IMG/VR virus record: IMGVR_UViG_2609459790_000003
Reading direction: 5' to 3' (one strand)
DNA from: a virus
Taxonomy: Duplodnaviria; Heunggongvirae; Uroviricota; Caudoviricetes
DNA length: 20,393 nucleotides
Below are positions 8,751 to 16,607 of this stretch, piece by piece. The notes under the pieces were generated by a model. It saw only the letters and a program-made list of their open reading frames with translations. It did no database searches and was not told where the DNA came from. Numbering within the stretch: position 1 is the stretch's first letter; every line of letters begins with the position of its first letter. Position numbers and translations under genes: made by a program.

Positions 8751-9427
8751 TAGAATCCAAGCCCCCCAACAAGACCAATAAGCCCACCACCAATAGCCCC
8801 GGCGACATTACCTATACCCGGAACAACGGAACCAAGTTGCGCACCCGCTAAAGCGCCTGATGCCGCCCCACCAATACCACGCGCAAGACTGGATGGCTGC
8901 TGCGCCTGACCTGCACGAATAGCGCCAAGCCCCTGCAAGAGTTGTCCGGTATTATTGGCGTAGTTTTGCCCTGCTGTTGCCTGCCCTGATGCCGCATTCA
9001 TCCCGACATTTAGCAGGTTTCCATAATTTTGCATTTGCCCACTAAGCCAATTGTTATAAAGCATGGGCGCAATGGAAGATAACTGGTTACTGGTAGCTGT
9101 TGAGCCAAGCCCCCCGGTAGCTTCTGCTGAGACAAGGTTCTGATAACGGGCCTGATCTGCCTGTGTTTTATATAAACCAGAACCAAAGAAATCATTCGCG
9201 GCTTTATTCTGCCCTTCCAGAGTCATCAGTCCTTGCAGTTGTTGTAAAGCAGGCAATCCGACTTCTGCATACGGCTTGAGATTATTCATCACCGTATTCC
9301 ACTGCTCGCGCTGCAAATCAATTGCCTGCTGCTGGGCCTTCGCCTGGGCTTTAGAGGCACCACCATCACCGCCTTTTTCGTATACGGCACGATTGAGATG
9401 TTTATGAGCTATATGGGTAATTAACAT
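8750..9427 (-). CDS. 225-aa protein with C-terminal glycine-zipper hydrophobic segment
   Basis: C-terminus GIGGAASGALAGAQLGSVVPGIGNVAGAIGGGLIGLVGGLGF; ATG overlaps the stop of the 153-aa gene. Confidence 0.85.
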   Translation of the reverse strand: MLITHIAHKHLNRAVYEKGGDGGASKAQAKAQQQAIDLQREQWNTVMNNLKPYAEVGLPALQQLQGLMTLEGQNKAANDFFGSGLYKTQADQARYQNLVSAEATGGLGSTATSNQLSSIAPMLYNNWLSGQMQNYGNLLNVGMNAASGQATAGQNYANNTGQLLQGLGAIRAGQAQQPSSLARGIGGAASGALAGAQLGSVVPGIGNVAGAIGGGLIGLVGGLGF

Positions 9428-9882
9428 TCGCTGAGTTCCTTATATTGTTGCCGTGTTAACTGATAAAGCGTTACGCCGACGGGTTTACCACATCTGATAT
9501 ATGCATCGGCCAGGTGACCAACACGGGTAGCGCCAAGCAAACGGATAATTGCCCGTCCGTATTTCGTGGTGTCAGGAACCATGGTGATGCTGTTAAGGAA
9601 TGGTGAGTTTTCGAGAAGCCATTTGCAGAACAATCGATGCCCTTGCAGTGCATATTCACCACGGAATCCGGGGTCGTACACCGCATGGCATTCAACAATG
9701 CTATGCCAGAAGTTACGCACTTCATGAACGCCTGTCAGCACTAATCCTTCGTAGATGCCGAGATATACCGCATCAGGCTTGATGTAGTACGTGTGCCCCG
9801 GCTCAACAATATTTTCGGTATTGCCAGGCTCGTTAAGAAAGGCCTGTAATCGCACCGGGTTATCAATAAATTTTAGTTCCAT
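9421..9882 (-). CDS. 153-aa protein, first large gene of the module
   Basis: ATG at 9880-9882, 16 nt after the stop of the small upstream ORF; compact globular composition; no motif recognised. Confidence 0.8.
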   Translation of the reverse strand: MELKFIDNPVRLQAFLNEPGNTENIVEPGHTYYIKPDAVYLGIYEGLVLTGVHEVRNFWHSIVECHAVYDPGFRGEYALQGHRLFCKWLLENSPFLNSITMVPDTTKYGRAIIRLLGATRVGHLADAYIRCGKPVGVTLYQLTRQQYKELSEC

Positions 9883-9898
9883 GCGGTGCCATCCGTTT

Positions 9899-10060
9899 TC
9901 ACATACAGCCTGCCAGCGCCTTATCTATTAACCCTCGTGCAATTTCATGCAGAGTTGGCGCTACTCCAATTCCTGATTTTTTACGCTGCTCTTCCTGAAT
10001 TTTCTTTATCGCTTCCATTTGCTTCTCACTTATCAATACCGGCTTTACTGAAATAGCCAT
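9899..10060 (-). CDS. 53-aa putative ribbon-helix-helix DNA-binding protein
   Basis: Below the ORF-track length cutoff. ATG at 10058-10060 with AAGGGGG 5 nt upstream; MAISVKPVLISEKQMEAIKKIQEEQRKKSGIGVAPTLHEIARGLIDKALAGCM has a strand, helix, G-x-T, helix layout. Confidence 0.45.
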   Translation of the reverse strand: MAISVKPVLISEKQMEAIKKIQEEQRKKSGIGVAPTLHEIARGLIDKALAGCM

Positions 10061-10075
10061 AACGCCCCCTTAGAA

Positions 10076-10099
10076 CTGTATAAAACAACAGTTATTATA
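10076..10099 (-). promoter_or_regulatory. candidate promoter (-10 TATAAT) with overlapping LexA-like box
   Basis: Minus-strand TATAAT at 10094-10099; immediately downstream lies aaCTGTataaaacaACAGtt (10074-10093), CTGT-N8-ACAG, closely resembling the dinD box. No good -35 hexamer. Confidence 0.4.
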
Positions 10100-10154
10100 G
10101 TTTCGCAAATCGCAATATTCATCATCGTAATTGCAAAATATGAAACAAATAGCA

Positions 10155-10188
10155 CAAAAAAATGCCACCGCTCAGTAGCTGGTGGCAT
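10155..10188 (-). terminator. rho-independent terminator closing the primase operon
   Basis: On the minus strand AUGCCACC / GGUGGCAU form an 8-bp stem with an 11-nt loop, followed by UUUUUUU. Confidence 0.5.
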
Positions 10189-10381
10189 CGTTCTGTGTGT
10201 CAGGTTTTGACAGGTTTTTTATGGACTCTAAAAACTATATTTATGGTGTCGCATTACTCTTCACGGCAGGCGCTTTTCAGTTCTGCCCTTGCTTCTGGCT
10301 CCATTGGTAATTTGATTCGCGATCAGCTATGCGGATGGTTTGCTGAACAGGCATAACAACTTCTCAGGGGCTGTTTTCTGA

Positions 10382-10458
10382 ACTACGAAAATTTCGTAGT
10401 GCTCACTTTCAAAAACGTCACGCCCTTGTACACAGGATTTTACGAAAGTCTCGTAAAA
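10382..10458. promoter_or_regulatory. two palindromes sharing a TACGAAA half-site
   Basis: ACTACGAAAATTTCGTAGT (10382-10400) and TTTTACGAAAGTCTCGTAAAA (10438-10458), between the terminator and iteron array B. Confidence 0.3.
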
Positions 10459-10508
10459 CACTCTCTGATGCCAGCCAGGTGTTGTGCGCATCAATTCAGT
10501 CACATTGT

Positions 10509-10620
10509 GTTGGTTCAAAATACCGTGTTGTTGGTTCAGTGTTGGTTCAATAAAAAGAATAAAATCATTATAAAACAATACTCTTTACAAATTGAACCAA
10601 CTGAACCAACTGAACCAACA
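10509..10620. repeat. iteron array B: six copies of GTTGGTTCA / TGAACCAAC
   Basis: GTTGGTTCA at 10509, 10530 and 10541, then three tandem TGAACCAAC at 10593-10619. Inverted copy of array A; lies 25 bp beyond the primase stop codon. Confidence 0.85.
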
Positions 10621-10644
10621 CCTTTTCTACGCACATGAAGAAGC

Positions 10645-13404
10645 TCATTCTTCAGATGAGTTATAATCTCCTGGCTGGTAATTGAGTACATAAACGTTTA
10701 TTTGTCGTCCCTGAATACGTGGTGATTTTCTTTGGTATCCACGACCGCTGTTTGGTGGGGTTAGCATCCCGGCTTTTTTCAACACTTCAGCAAACTGTTT
10801 TGCGTTGAAACCACATGCGATCTCCTTTTCAAATGTGGCCGGGAATGTGTAGAAAATCATTGGGCTTTCGTCATGTTCTCCACGCTGACGGTATCCGGCT
10901 AAATCTTTGATGGGCAAATCTGCCGGGCTGTATGGAAATGGTGCAAAACGGCTAAGCCCATAGGCATTAAGAAATGCCTCCGTTTGTTCAATAATCTGCT
11001 GATGTTCTTTGTTACCTGTGCCGAACTCGCGCAACCATGCGTTATAGCTGTGCTGTATCGCATCACGGCATGTCTGAGCATCCCAGCCTGTTACAACCTC
11101 GCCTAACAGCAATGCGGCCTCCAGAATGGCAAATCGCGCGGCTACACGGTGAACCTGCTCACCATAATCGGATGGGATCAGACTTCTCCATCTGCTTTCG
11201 CAGTCACGAACAGTTTTAATTGCCTGTTGCTGGTGGTCTGCCAGCCATTTAATCCACTCACGCCCGGCTGCGCCGTGGTGATGCTGGTAAGCGTCTTTCA
11301 GTGCGTCTGCGTGCTGTTTTCCGTTCTGGTAATCGTGAAAGCGTACTGCTTTACTCAACGGAATATTCAGCAGTCGCACCAGTTGCCCGGCTTTGGTTTT
11401 TCGCCCGGAAGTAGCGATAAATGTTTCTAAATCCATTTCTCCGGTGCTGATTGCCACTGTACGCCAGCGTTTTAGATCCCGGTTTCCACCATCTTTAGCG
11501 CCTTGCAGTTTCCCTACACCGTTAAATAACGCATAGGCAGACTGTGAAACGCTGACAGGATCTGCGCCCTGACCAACTTCATCAAGCGGCATTAGTCCGT
11601 CATTGTGGGCGGCAGCTTCATTTGCCAGCCCCAGCGCGGTTCCGTACCACGTCAGCCGCAGTAAATCAGGGTTGCCGTATAAGCTGCTCGCCACGTTTGC
11701 CGTGGTGGTCTTACCTGCGCTCGACTGCTCATAGAAATGAATGCCGAACCCGTCAGCGCCCACCAGCCCAATCAATGGCGCTGCCAGTGCTGCGCCGATC
11801 CCGGTCATCATTGAATAGTTACCAAAGGCCAGACGCGCCACGCTATCACGCCAGCTTTTCGCGCTCCCTGAGATAGTATATCCGGCTGCGGCTGAGCTTC
11901 TCCCGCTGAACAGCACAGGATTTTCAGGTGTTCCGATGATTTCCCCATCAGGCATGATGTACGCTCCGCATTGCCAGCCAGTGGCATGAGCAACACGCCA
12001 CAATTCACGAGAGCCACTGCGTTGTAGCCAGTCTGCCAGTATTGCTCTGAGGCTGCTTTTGGTCGTGACATTTACCCCACCAGCTTTAAGTGTGCGCCAT
12101 CCTTCACGTTCACCAATATCAGCCAGTGGAATGGCAGCGGTTGTCGGCGTTTCAGAACCAAACGACAGCCAGCGAAGAATGAGATACTGGTCTTTATCGT
12201 CTCTGCCAGTACCGATAACGCTTAACGGAGAACATAACCAGCTTTCGTTATTGATGATTTCTCCACTCTGGCTGTCAGCTCTCGGAGATACCCAATAAAT
12301 ACCATCCTCGCGGCTTTCTATTCTTGGTTTCAGTGGGTCGGTATCCATAACCTTAAAATCGCTTCCTTCAATGGTCTGTGGCTCCTGTTTCACGCCATTA
12401 CCCTGTGGTTGGTACATTGATTTATTGAACGCTTCTGTAGCGCATTTAATGCCGTGTTTTTGGTGGTAATCATTCCAGTCGGCTTTGTGATCTGTCGGGG
12501 GTAATGCCACCCATCCAGAAACAGATAAAGCTGCTTTTTCTGCTGCTATTCTCCCCGTGTTTTGTCTTCCTTCGCTGTGGTCGTTATCCGCAGCAATGAT
12601 GATTTGTGCTGAAGGAAATTTATCCCGCAGTACCTGGGCGACATATAACAGGTTCCCGGCATCAATCGCCGCCACTGTCAGCGCCTCTGGACGAATTAAA
12701 TGGGCAGATAATGCCGTTGCCAGCCCTTCTGCGATTAAGATGCTCTGTGTTGTTTCTGGTGCGTTTATGGCGTGATATGCCCCTCGCTTTGCTGAACCTG
12801 TCAGGAGTCTTTTTTCACCATGTGAGGTAATAGTCTGTGCTGCTGTTACTGCGCCGGATTTATCCACCAGCGCCAGCAACAGAGATCCATCGGGCAACAC
12901 GGGGAATGTAAAATCACCTACCCCTTTCGCAACCAGATAATCAGATTTGCCGTTTACAGCCTTTCTGCGCATGTCATCAAACTGACGGGAAAACGTATCC
13001 CGTCTTTGTTGTTCGTCCTTCTCTGCCCTTTTCAGGCGCTCCTGTTCGCGTCGCTGGCGCTCGGTTTCCAGTTGTTCCCGTTTCTGGCTGGTGGCTTCTG
13101 GTGTTTCCGTTGTCCGGTAATCAATACCCAGAACATCAGCGGCAAGAAGCGCCGCCTCTGTTGTGTCGCAGTTATTTACGCGTTTAATTAAATCCAGCCC
13201 ATCACCAGCGCCGCACTGATTACAGATGAAGCTACCGCGCCCGTTGTCATCGAACCGGAATCGATCTTTACCCCCACATGCAGGGCAGGGAGCATGACGG
13301 CGTGGAGAGTCAGGGACATTTATGTTCAGGCAGCCCAGCACATGAGGCCAGTTGTTTTCAGACGCACTGATAACCTGACGGATAAGATCAATGTTTCGCA
13401 TCAC
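10645..13404 (-). CDS. bifunctional DNA primase / SF3-type helicase (P4 alpha-like)
   Basis: N-terminal zinc ribbon CPACGGKDRF...CNQCG, central primase region, C-terminal P-loop (SSAGKTT). The track start at 13404 is GTG; the ATG is the next codon (13399-13401). Confidence 0.9.
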   Translation of the reverse strand: MMRNIDLIRQVISASENNWPHVLGCLNINVPDSPRRHAPCPACGGKDRFRFDDNGRGSFICNQCGAGDGLDLIKRVNNCDTTEAALLAADVLGIDYRTTETPEATSQKREQLETERQRREQERLKRAEKDEQQRRDTFSRQFDDMRRKAVNGKSDYLVAKGVGDFTFPVLPDGSLLLALVDKSGAVTAAQTITSHGEKRLLTGSAKRGAYHAINAPETTQSILIAEGLATALSAHLIRPEALTVAAIDAGNLLYVAQVLRDKFPSAQIIIAADNDHSEGRQNTGRIAAEKAALSVSGWVALPPTDHKADWNDYHQKHGIKCATEAFNKSMYQPQGNGVKQEPQTIEGSDFKVMDTDPLKPRIESREDGIYWVSPRADSQSGEIINNESWLCSPLSVIGTGRDDKDQYLILRWLSFGSETPTTAAIPLADIGEREGWRTLKAGGVNVTTKSSLRAILADWLQRSGSRELWRVAHATGWQCGAYIMPDGEIIGTPENPVLFSGRSSAAAGYTISGSAKSWRDSVARLAFGNYSMMTGIGAALAAPLIGLVGADGFGIHFYEQSSAGKTTTANVASSLYGNPDLLRLTWYGTALGLANEAAAHNDGLMPLDEVGQGADPVSVSQSAYALFNGVGKLQGAKDGGNRDLKRWRTVAISTGEMDLETFIATSGRKTKAGQLVRLLNIPLSKAVRFHDYQNGKQHADALKDAYQHHHGAAGREWIKWLADHQQQAIKTVRDCESRWRSLIPSDYGEQVHRVAARFAILEAALLLGEVVTGWDAQTCRDAIQHSYNAWLREFGTGNKEHQQIIEQTEAFLNAYGLSRFAPFPYSPADLPIKDLAGYRQRGEHDESPMIFYTFPATFEKEIACGFNAKQFAEVLKKAGMLTPPNSGRGYQRKSPRIQGRQINVYVLNYQPGDYNSSEE

Positions 13405-13759
13405 CGTACCCCACGTGGTCTATAGCGTTTGCGATATGGCTAACCAGCATCTGCCACTTGGTTATTCCGTAATCAGTCAGCATGCCATCATTGTTTAGCC
13501 ACATATCAAATTCAGCGGTTGTCGCAAGTTTCCACTTATCGCCGTGGACAGTCCTCATTGCTGGGTACATGAATGCGCAAATCAGATCACAAACATCTGA
13601 CGGCTTCAGAGATGTAGTAATGGTGCGTCCCTCTGGCGTCTGAATTGCCATTTTCTCTTCACCAGTAGAATGAAGGTTATGAATCCACACAGCACCAGCA
13701 ATCTTTGCCACCTGCTCTCCGATTGCGGAGCTAAGTGCCATTTCTGCATTTTCACGCAT
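13388..13759 (-). CDS. hypothetical protein (123 aa)
   Basis: GGAGG Shine-Dalgarno 6 nt upstream of the ATG; stop overlaps the primase start; ATG overlaps the upstream stop. Confidence 0.7.
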   Translation of the reverse strand: MRENAEMALSSAIGEQVAKIAGAVWIHNLHSTGEEKMAIQTPEGRTITTSLKPSDVCDLICAFMYPAMRTVHGDKWKLATTAEFDMWLNNDGMLTDYGITKWQMLVSHIANAIDHVGYGDAKH

Positions 13760-14093
13760 GAGAACCTCCCGCTACAGTTGCGCCCATGTCATTAACCATG
13801 CTTTGCCATATCTCACGCCCGACGTCAGTCAATCCGTCCTTAGTGACGCAACGATCAAGAAGCTCGATCCCCACGGTTTCCCACTGCGGGTAGAACACTT
13901 TCATGGCTGCCAGTGTGTAGCTATCGATCAGGCTGCGAACGCCTTTTACTCCATTGACGATTTCCACACGGACGGCCTCGCCGTCCGCATCAACCATGAA
14001 ATAGTCCCCGCCGCTGGTGGAGGTAATGTGGTTATACAGTGCCGACGCATACTTATTTGCCAGCGCATTCAGTCGGAAATTTTTAGTAATCAT
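13752..14093 (-). CDS. hypothetical protein (113 aa)
   Basis: GAGGA Shine-Dalgarno 7 nt upstream of the ATG at 14091-14093; follows the 200-aa gene after a 10-nt gap. Confidence 0.7.
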   Translation of the reverse strand: MITKNFRLNALANKYASALYNHITSTSGGDYFMVDADGEAVRVEIVNGVKGVRSLIDSYTLAAMKVFYPQWETVGIELLDRCVTKDGLTDVGREIWQSMVNDMGATVAGGSHA

Positions 14094-14103
14094 GGTTCCA
14101 TCC

Positions 14104-14706
14104 TCAGTGCGTCACTGGTTCCGCTGGCATGCCGTTTTCATTCAGTTCAGCTATAAAGCTGTTGTGAAGTTCAGCAAGCGTTTCACGACCAAATGGAGTC
14201 AGTGCTCCTTGTTCCACATCCATCATGGCTCTGTAGAAAATGATGGCGCGTTCTGTGCCAGACTCGATGCCAAAACGTTCTATCATCGCGCCCTCAATGT
14301 TGTTTGCCATAGCGAGGCGCTCTGCTACTGGATACAGCGGCATGGCGACGATGCCGTTGGAATAAACAGCCACTTCGGAAGGATTGCCAGTATCATCAAT
14401 GATGCTGACAGTGCCGTTTTCCTCTCTCATTTCCAGCATGAATACTGTTGCGATCAGCCATCTCCACATAATGACGTTATGCTGTGATGTGTAATCGAAA
14501 TATCCCTGGTTGCCGCCATCGGCTATAGCGAGATGTATTGACATACCTTCATCTGGTTTATCGTCATAATCCCCGGCATCCAGACGATTTACGGCATCAA
14601 TATATGAGACGGCCTCAACGCGTTCTGTCATGCCATCGTTGCTGCGGTACATGATGTTTACGCCGTCAGGCGTTGCTTCTGCATGGAAAGTTAAGAAATT
14701 ATTCAT
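14104..14706 (-). CDS. hypothetical protein (200 aa)
   Basis: Track ORF extends to 14811; the ATG at 14704-14706 (MNNFLTF...) overlaps the upstream TAA in an ATGAATAA junction and is the more likely start. Confidence 0.7.
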   Translation of the reverse strand: MNNFLTFHAEATPDGVNIMYRSNDGMTERVEAVSYIDAVNRLDAGDYDDKPDEGMSIHLAIADGGNQGYFDYTSQHNVIMWRWLIATVFMLEMREENGTVSIIDDTGNPSEVAVYSNGIVAMPLYPVAERLAMANNIEGAMIERFGIESGTERAIIFYRAMMDVEQGALTPFGRETLAELHNSFIAELNENGMPAEPVTH

Positions 14707-14920
14707 GTTTCGCCTCGCCTGAATGATTCTGTAACTCATATTTGCCCAACAATTCGTCCGCTTCCTGAATAGCTTCTGGTACGCCATTGAGCAGTGACAT
14801 AACCGCGCCAATCATTAATTTGTCTCTGTTGCTGGGGCTGGCCCCTTCAAGCCAGAACCCTAAAACAGTCTGAACCTGTTCGATGCGACATTGCGCTTCA
14901 ATGAGCTGGATGTTGGTCAT
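14699..14920 (-). CDS. hypothetical small protein (73 aa)
   Basis: ATG overlaps the upstream stop (ATGA); acidic helical composition. Confidence 0.65.
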   Translation of the reverse strand: MTNIQLIEAQCRIEQVQTVLGFWLEGASPSNRDKLMIGAVMSLLNGVPEAIQEADELLGKYELQNHSGEAKHE

Positions 14921-15180
14921 TTCGCACTCTCCGCATCGATTAAACTGATATCTATCAGAGAGGTAACTTTTTGTAGCCAGCTAGTGATTACTGTCGCCTG
15001 TTCCCCTCCCACCGATGGAAGAATCTCATTCATCACATGAACCAGACCTGTGCGCGCTCTGGTAAGCCGTTCAGTCGTGCGATCTGCAAGAGTGAATGTG
15101 TCTGGATATGGCTCTTCACGCCCCAGCAATGATTCAATTTCCAGCTCACACGGATGACGATAAATTAAGTTGATATTCAT
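14917..15180 (-). CDS. hypothetical small protein (87 aa)
   Basis: ATGA start/stop overlap with the upstream gene. Confidence 0.65.
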   Translation of the reverse strand: MNINLIYRHPCELEIESLLGREEPYPDTFTLADRTTERLTRARTGLVHVMNEILPSVGGEQATVITSWLQKVTSLIDISLIDAESAK

Positions 15181-15371
15181 TTTTCACCCCCAAGAATTAC
15201 CAGCTCGGCACGGGCATCGTTAACCAAAGATGAGCACGCTTTAATCGCATCCACGACATCAGCAGCGTCCATTTCTTCAGCCGAAAGACTGACAGCAACC
15301 AGGACAGCCGCTGCTTGCTCGATTAATTGAAGTGCGGACGTAAGTCGAGGGGCATTAATTGAGTTATTCAT
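15177..15371 (-). CDS. hypothetical small protein (64 aa)
   Basis: Track ORF starts at 15428; the ATG at 15369-15371 ([10 protein letters not shown]...) overlaps the upstream TAA in an ATGAATAA junction. Confidence 0.6.
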   Translation of the reverse strand: MNNSINAPRLTSALQLIEQAAAVLVAVSLSAEEMDAADVVDAIKACSSLVNDARAELVILGGEK

Positions 15372-15582
15372 TGGTTGCCCCCGTTTTTCCTGGCATTTCG
15401 CCACCTTCCAGCAGGAAATGAACGTCACGAACGGCGAGATCCAATATCGCGAGTAACGCCTTCAGTTTTTCGTCTCGTGAGGGAGAGTTGCTCACCAGAA
15501 TGTCATTAATCACTTCTGTCAGTGTGATGATCTGGCTTGTACGTTCGAGGGGATCCATATGCACATCGTAGGTTTTAATCAT
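15364..15582 (-). CDS. hypothetical small protein (72 aa), alternative reading of the 3' end of the long ORF
   Basis: ATG at 15580-15582 with GGAGG 7 nt upstream, overlapping the TAA of the alternate-frame 64-aa ORF (ATGATTAA). It is in frame with the 355-codon ORF, so it may instead be that ORF's C-terminus. Confidence 0.45.
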   Translation of the reverse strand: MIKTYDVHMDPLERTSQIITLTEVINDILVSNSPSRDEKLKALLAILDLAVRDVHFLLEGGEMPGKTGATNE

Positions 15583-16431
15583 GTGCCACCTCCATGCGGA
15601 TACGACCAGCAAAAAAGCAGACGTGATCGCGCACCAGAGAACGGCGAGCATCGCGTTCAGACTCGGCAGCAATATGATGAATTTTGGCGGTAATTGTCGG
15701 GCAATCGCGGCGAACTGCGGCGATAATCCAGATAAATTGCGGTTTTTGGGTAGGGGTAGTAGCCAGCATGTGGCAGCCTCCTTGTACTGGGAATTCTTCC
15801 CACCACCGGAGCTGCGAAACTCGCTGGTGGTGGACTGAACAGAGTTCGCAGTACCGGCGTACAAGGAAACCGGCCAGCCTTTCGGCTGCCCTGTCCAGCC
15901 CACCATAATTTTGCAAGCGACGCGGATTATAACCACATCACTGAAAAAAGTGTGAGTCTGGCTAACGGCACAAAAAAAGACGCTCGGCGCGTCATGTGTC
16001 GCCTCGTACATTTCCGGGCTGCGAAACCCGGCACCCGTTTTATGAGGTGCCTTATAACCATAAACCGTGTTGCCGCATAACGACAAGCTCTTTTTTATGG
16101 ACTCCGAAAACTCACTATTGGAAGCACCAGATGCACAATACATCGCGCTCATTTCGTTAACGTCGCGCGTGTGGACGAAGGTTTTTGTGGAGCCACTACG
16201 CGAGCAGAGAAAGCCATCTACGACCAGAAATTCTCTGGCGCAGCCGCTGACCCTCTCAACGCTAACACCATCGACCGTAATTTCTGACATAGTTAAGGCA
16301 TCCGCTCCTACCACCAGCAAATGATAAACTTTGCTTGCATCTGCTGTATTAATGCCTGATTTTGCTGTCATATTGCTGGATTTTGGCGACATACCAGTCA
16401 GTGAAAATATCTTCTTCTGGGCGGTTAGCAT
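15364..16431 (-). CDS. hypothetical protein; 355-codon open frame, true 3' end uncertain
   Basis: ATG at 16429-16431 with GGAGG 7 nt upstream. Both other minus-strand frames are closed by stops between 16431 and about 15940, so this frame is coding there. It stays open to 15364, but beyond about 15770 the composition suggests nested small genes or a frameshift. Confidence 0.35.
   Translation of the reverse strand: MLTAQKKIFSLTGMSPKSSNMTAKSGINTADASKVYHLLVVGADALTMSEITVDGVSVERVSGCAREFLVVDGFLCSRSGSTKTFVHTRDVNEMSAMYCASGASNSEFSESIKKSLSLCGNTVYGYKAPHKTGAGFRSPEMYEATHDAPSVFFCAVSQTHTFFSDVVIIRVACKIMVGWTGQPKGWPVSLYAGTANSVQSTTSEFRSSGGGKNSQYKEAATCWLLPLPKNRNLSGLSPQFAAIARQLPPKFIILLPSLNAMLAVLWCAITSAFLLVVSAWRWHMIKTYDVHMDPLERTSQIITLTEVINDILVSNSPSRDEKLKALLAILDLAVRDVHFLLEGGEMPGKTGATNE
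15575..15769 (-). CDS. hypothetical small protein (64 aa) in alternate frame
   Basis: ATG at 15767-15769 with AAGGAGG 7 nt upstream; protein-like composition ([22 protein letters not shown]...), whereas the long ORF's frame over the same bases is L/S/P/W-rich. Confidence 0.4.
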   Translation of the reverse strand: MLATTPTQKPQFIWIIAAVRRDCPTITAKIHHIAAESERDARRSLVRDHVCFFAGRIRMEVAHD

Positions 16432-16607
16432 TTGTTAACCTCCGCGAACTCCTTCGTGAAACGTGCCAGCGGTTGTACGCATGGCGATTGATACCCGTCG
16501 CGATAAAACGTCACTCGGTTGTGAGACACGCTTTCGACAGTAACGAGTGCTCCGTGGGCATCTTTGTAGCGTTTTTGAGGTTGTGGTGTTCCTGTCGGCT
16601 TAAACAT
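16425..16607 (-). CDS. small conserved prophage-type protein (60 aa)
   Basis: Track ORF starts at 16694; the ATG at 16605-16607 (MFKPTGTPQPQKRYKD...) has GGAGG 6 nt upstream and overlaps the antirepressor stop (ATGTTTAA). Family assignment uncertain. Confidence 0.55.
   Translation of the reverse strand: MFKPTGTPQPQKRYKDAHGALVTVESVSHNRVTFYRDGYQSPCVQPLARFTKEFAEVNKC

Noticed and set aside
10327-10578. 83-aa minus-strand ORF overlapping iteron array B
   Set aside because: Its start lies inside the tandem 9-mer repeats and it spans the palindromic sites; the region reads better as non-coding origin or regulatory DNA.
11037-12830. Several short ORFs on both strands within the primase-helicase gene
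   Set aside because: Fully nested in a 919-codon gene with recognisable zinc-ribbon and P-loop motifs; typical frame-shadow ORFs.
16067-16324. 85-aa plus-strand ORF (and neighbours at 15581-15838, 15684-15908, 16362-16628)
   Set aside because: Antisense to the minus-strand operon, Pro/Ser/Thr-rich translations, no ribosome-binding sites.
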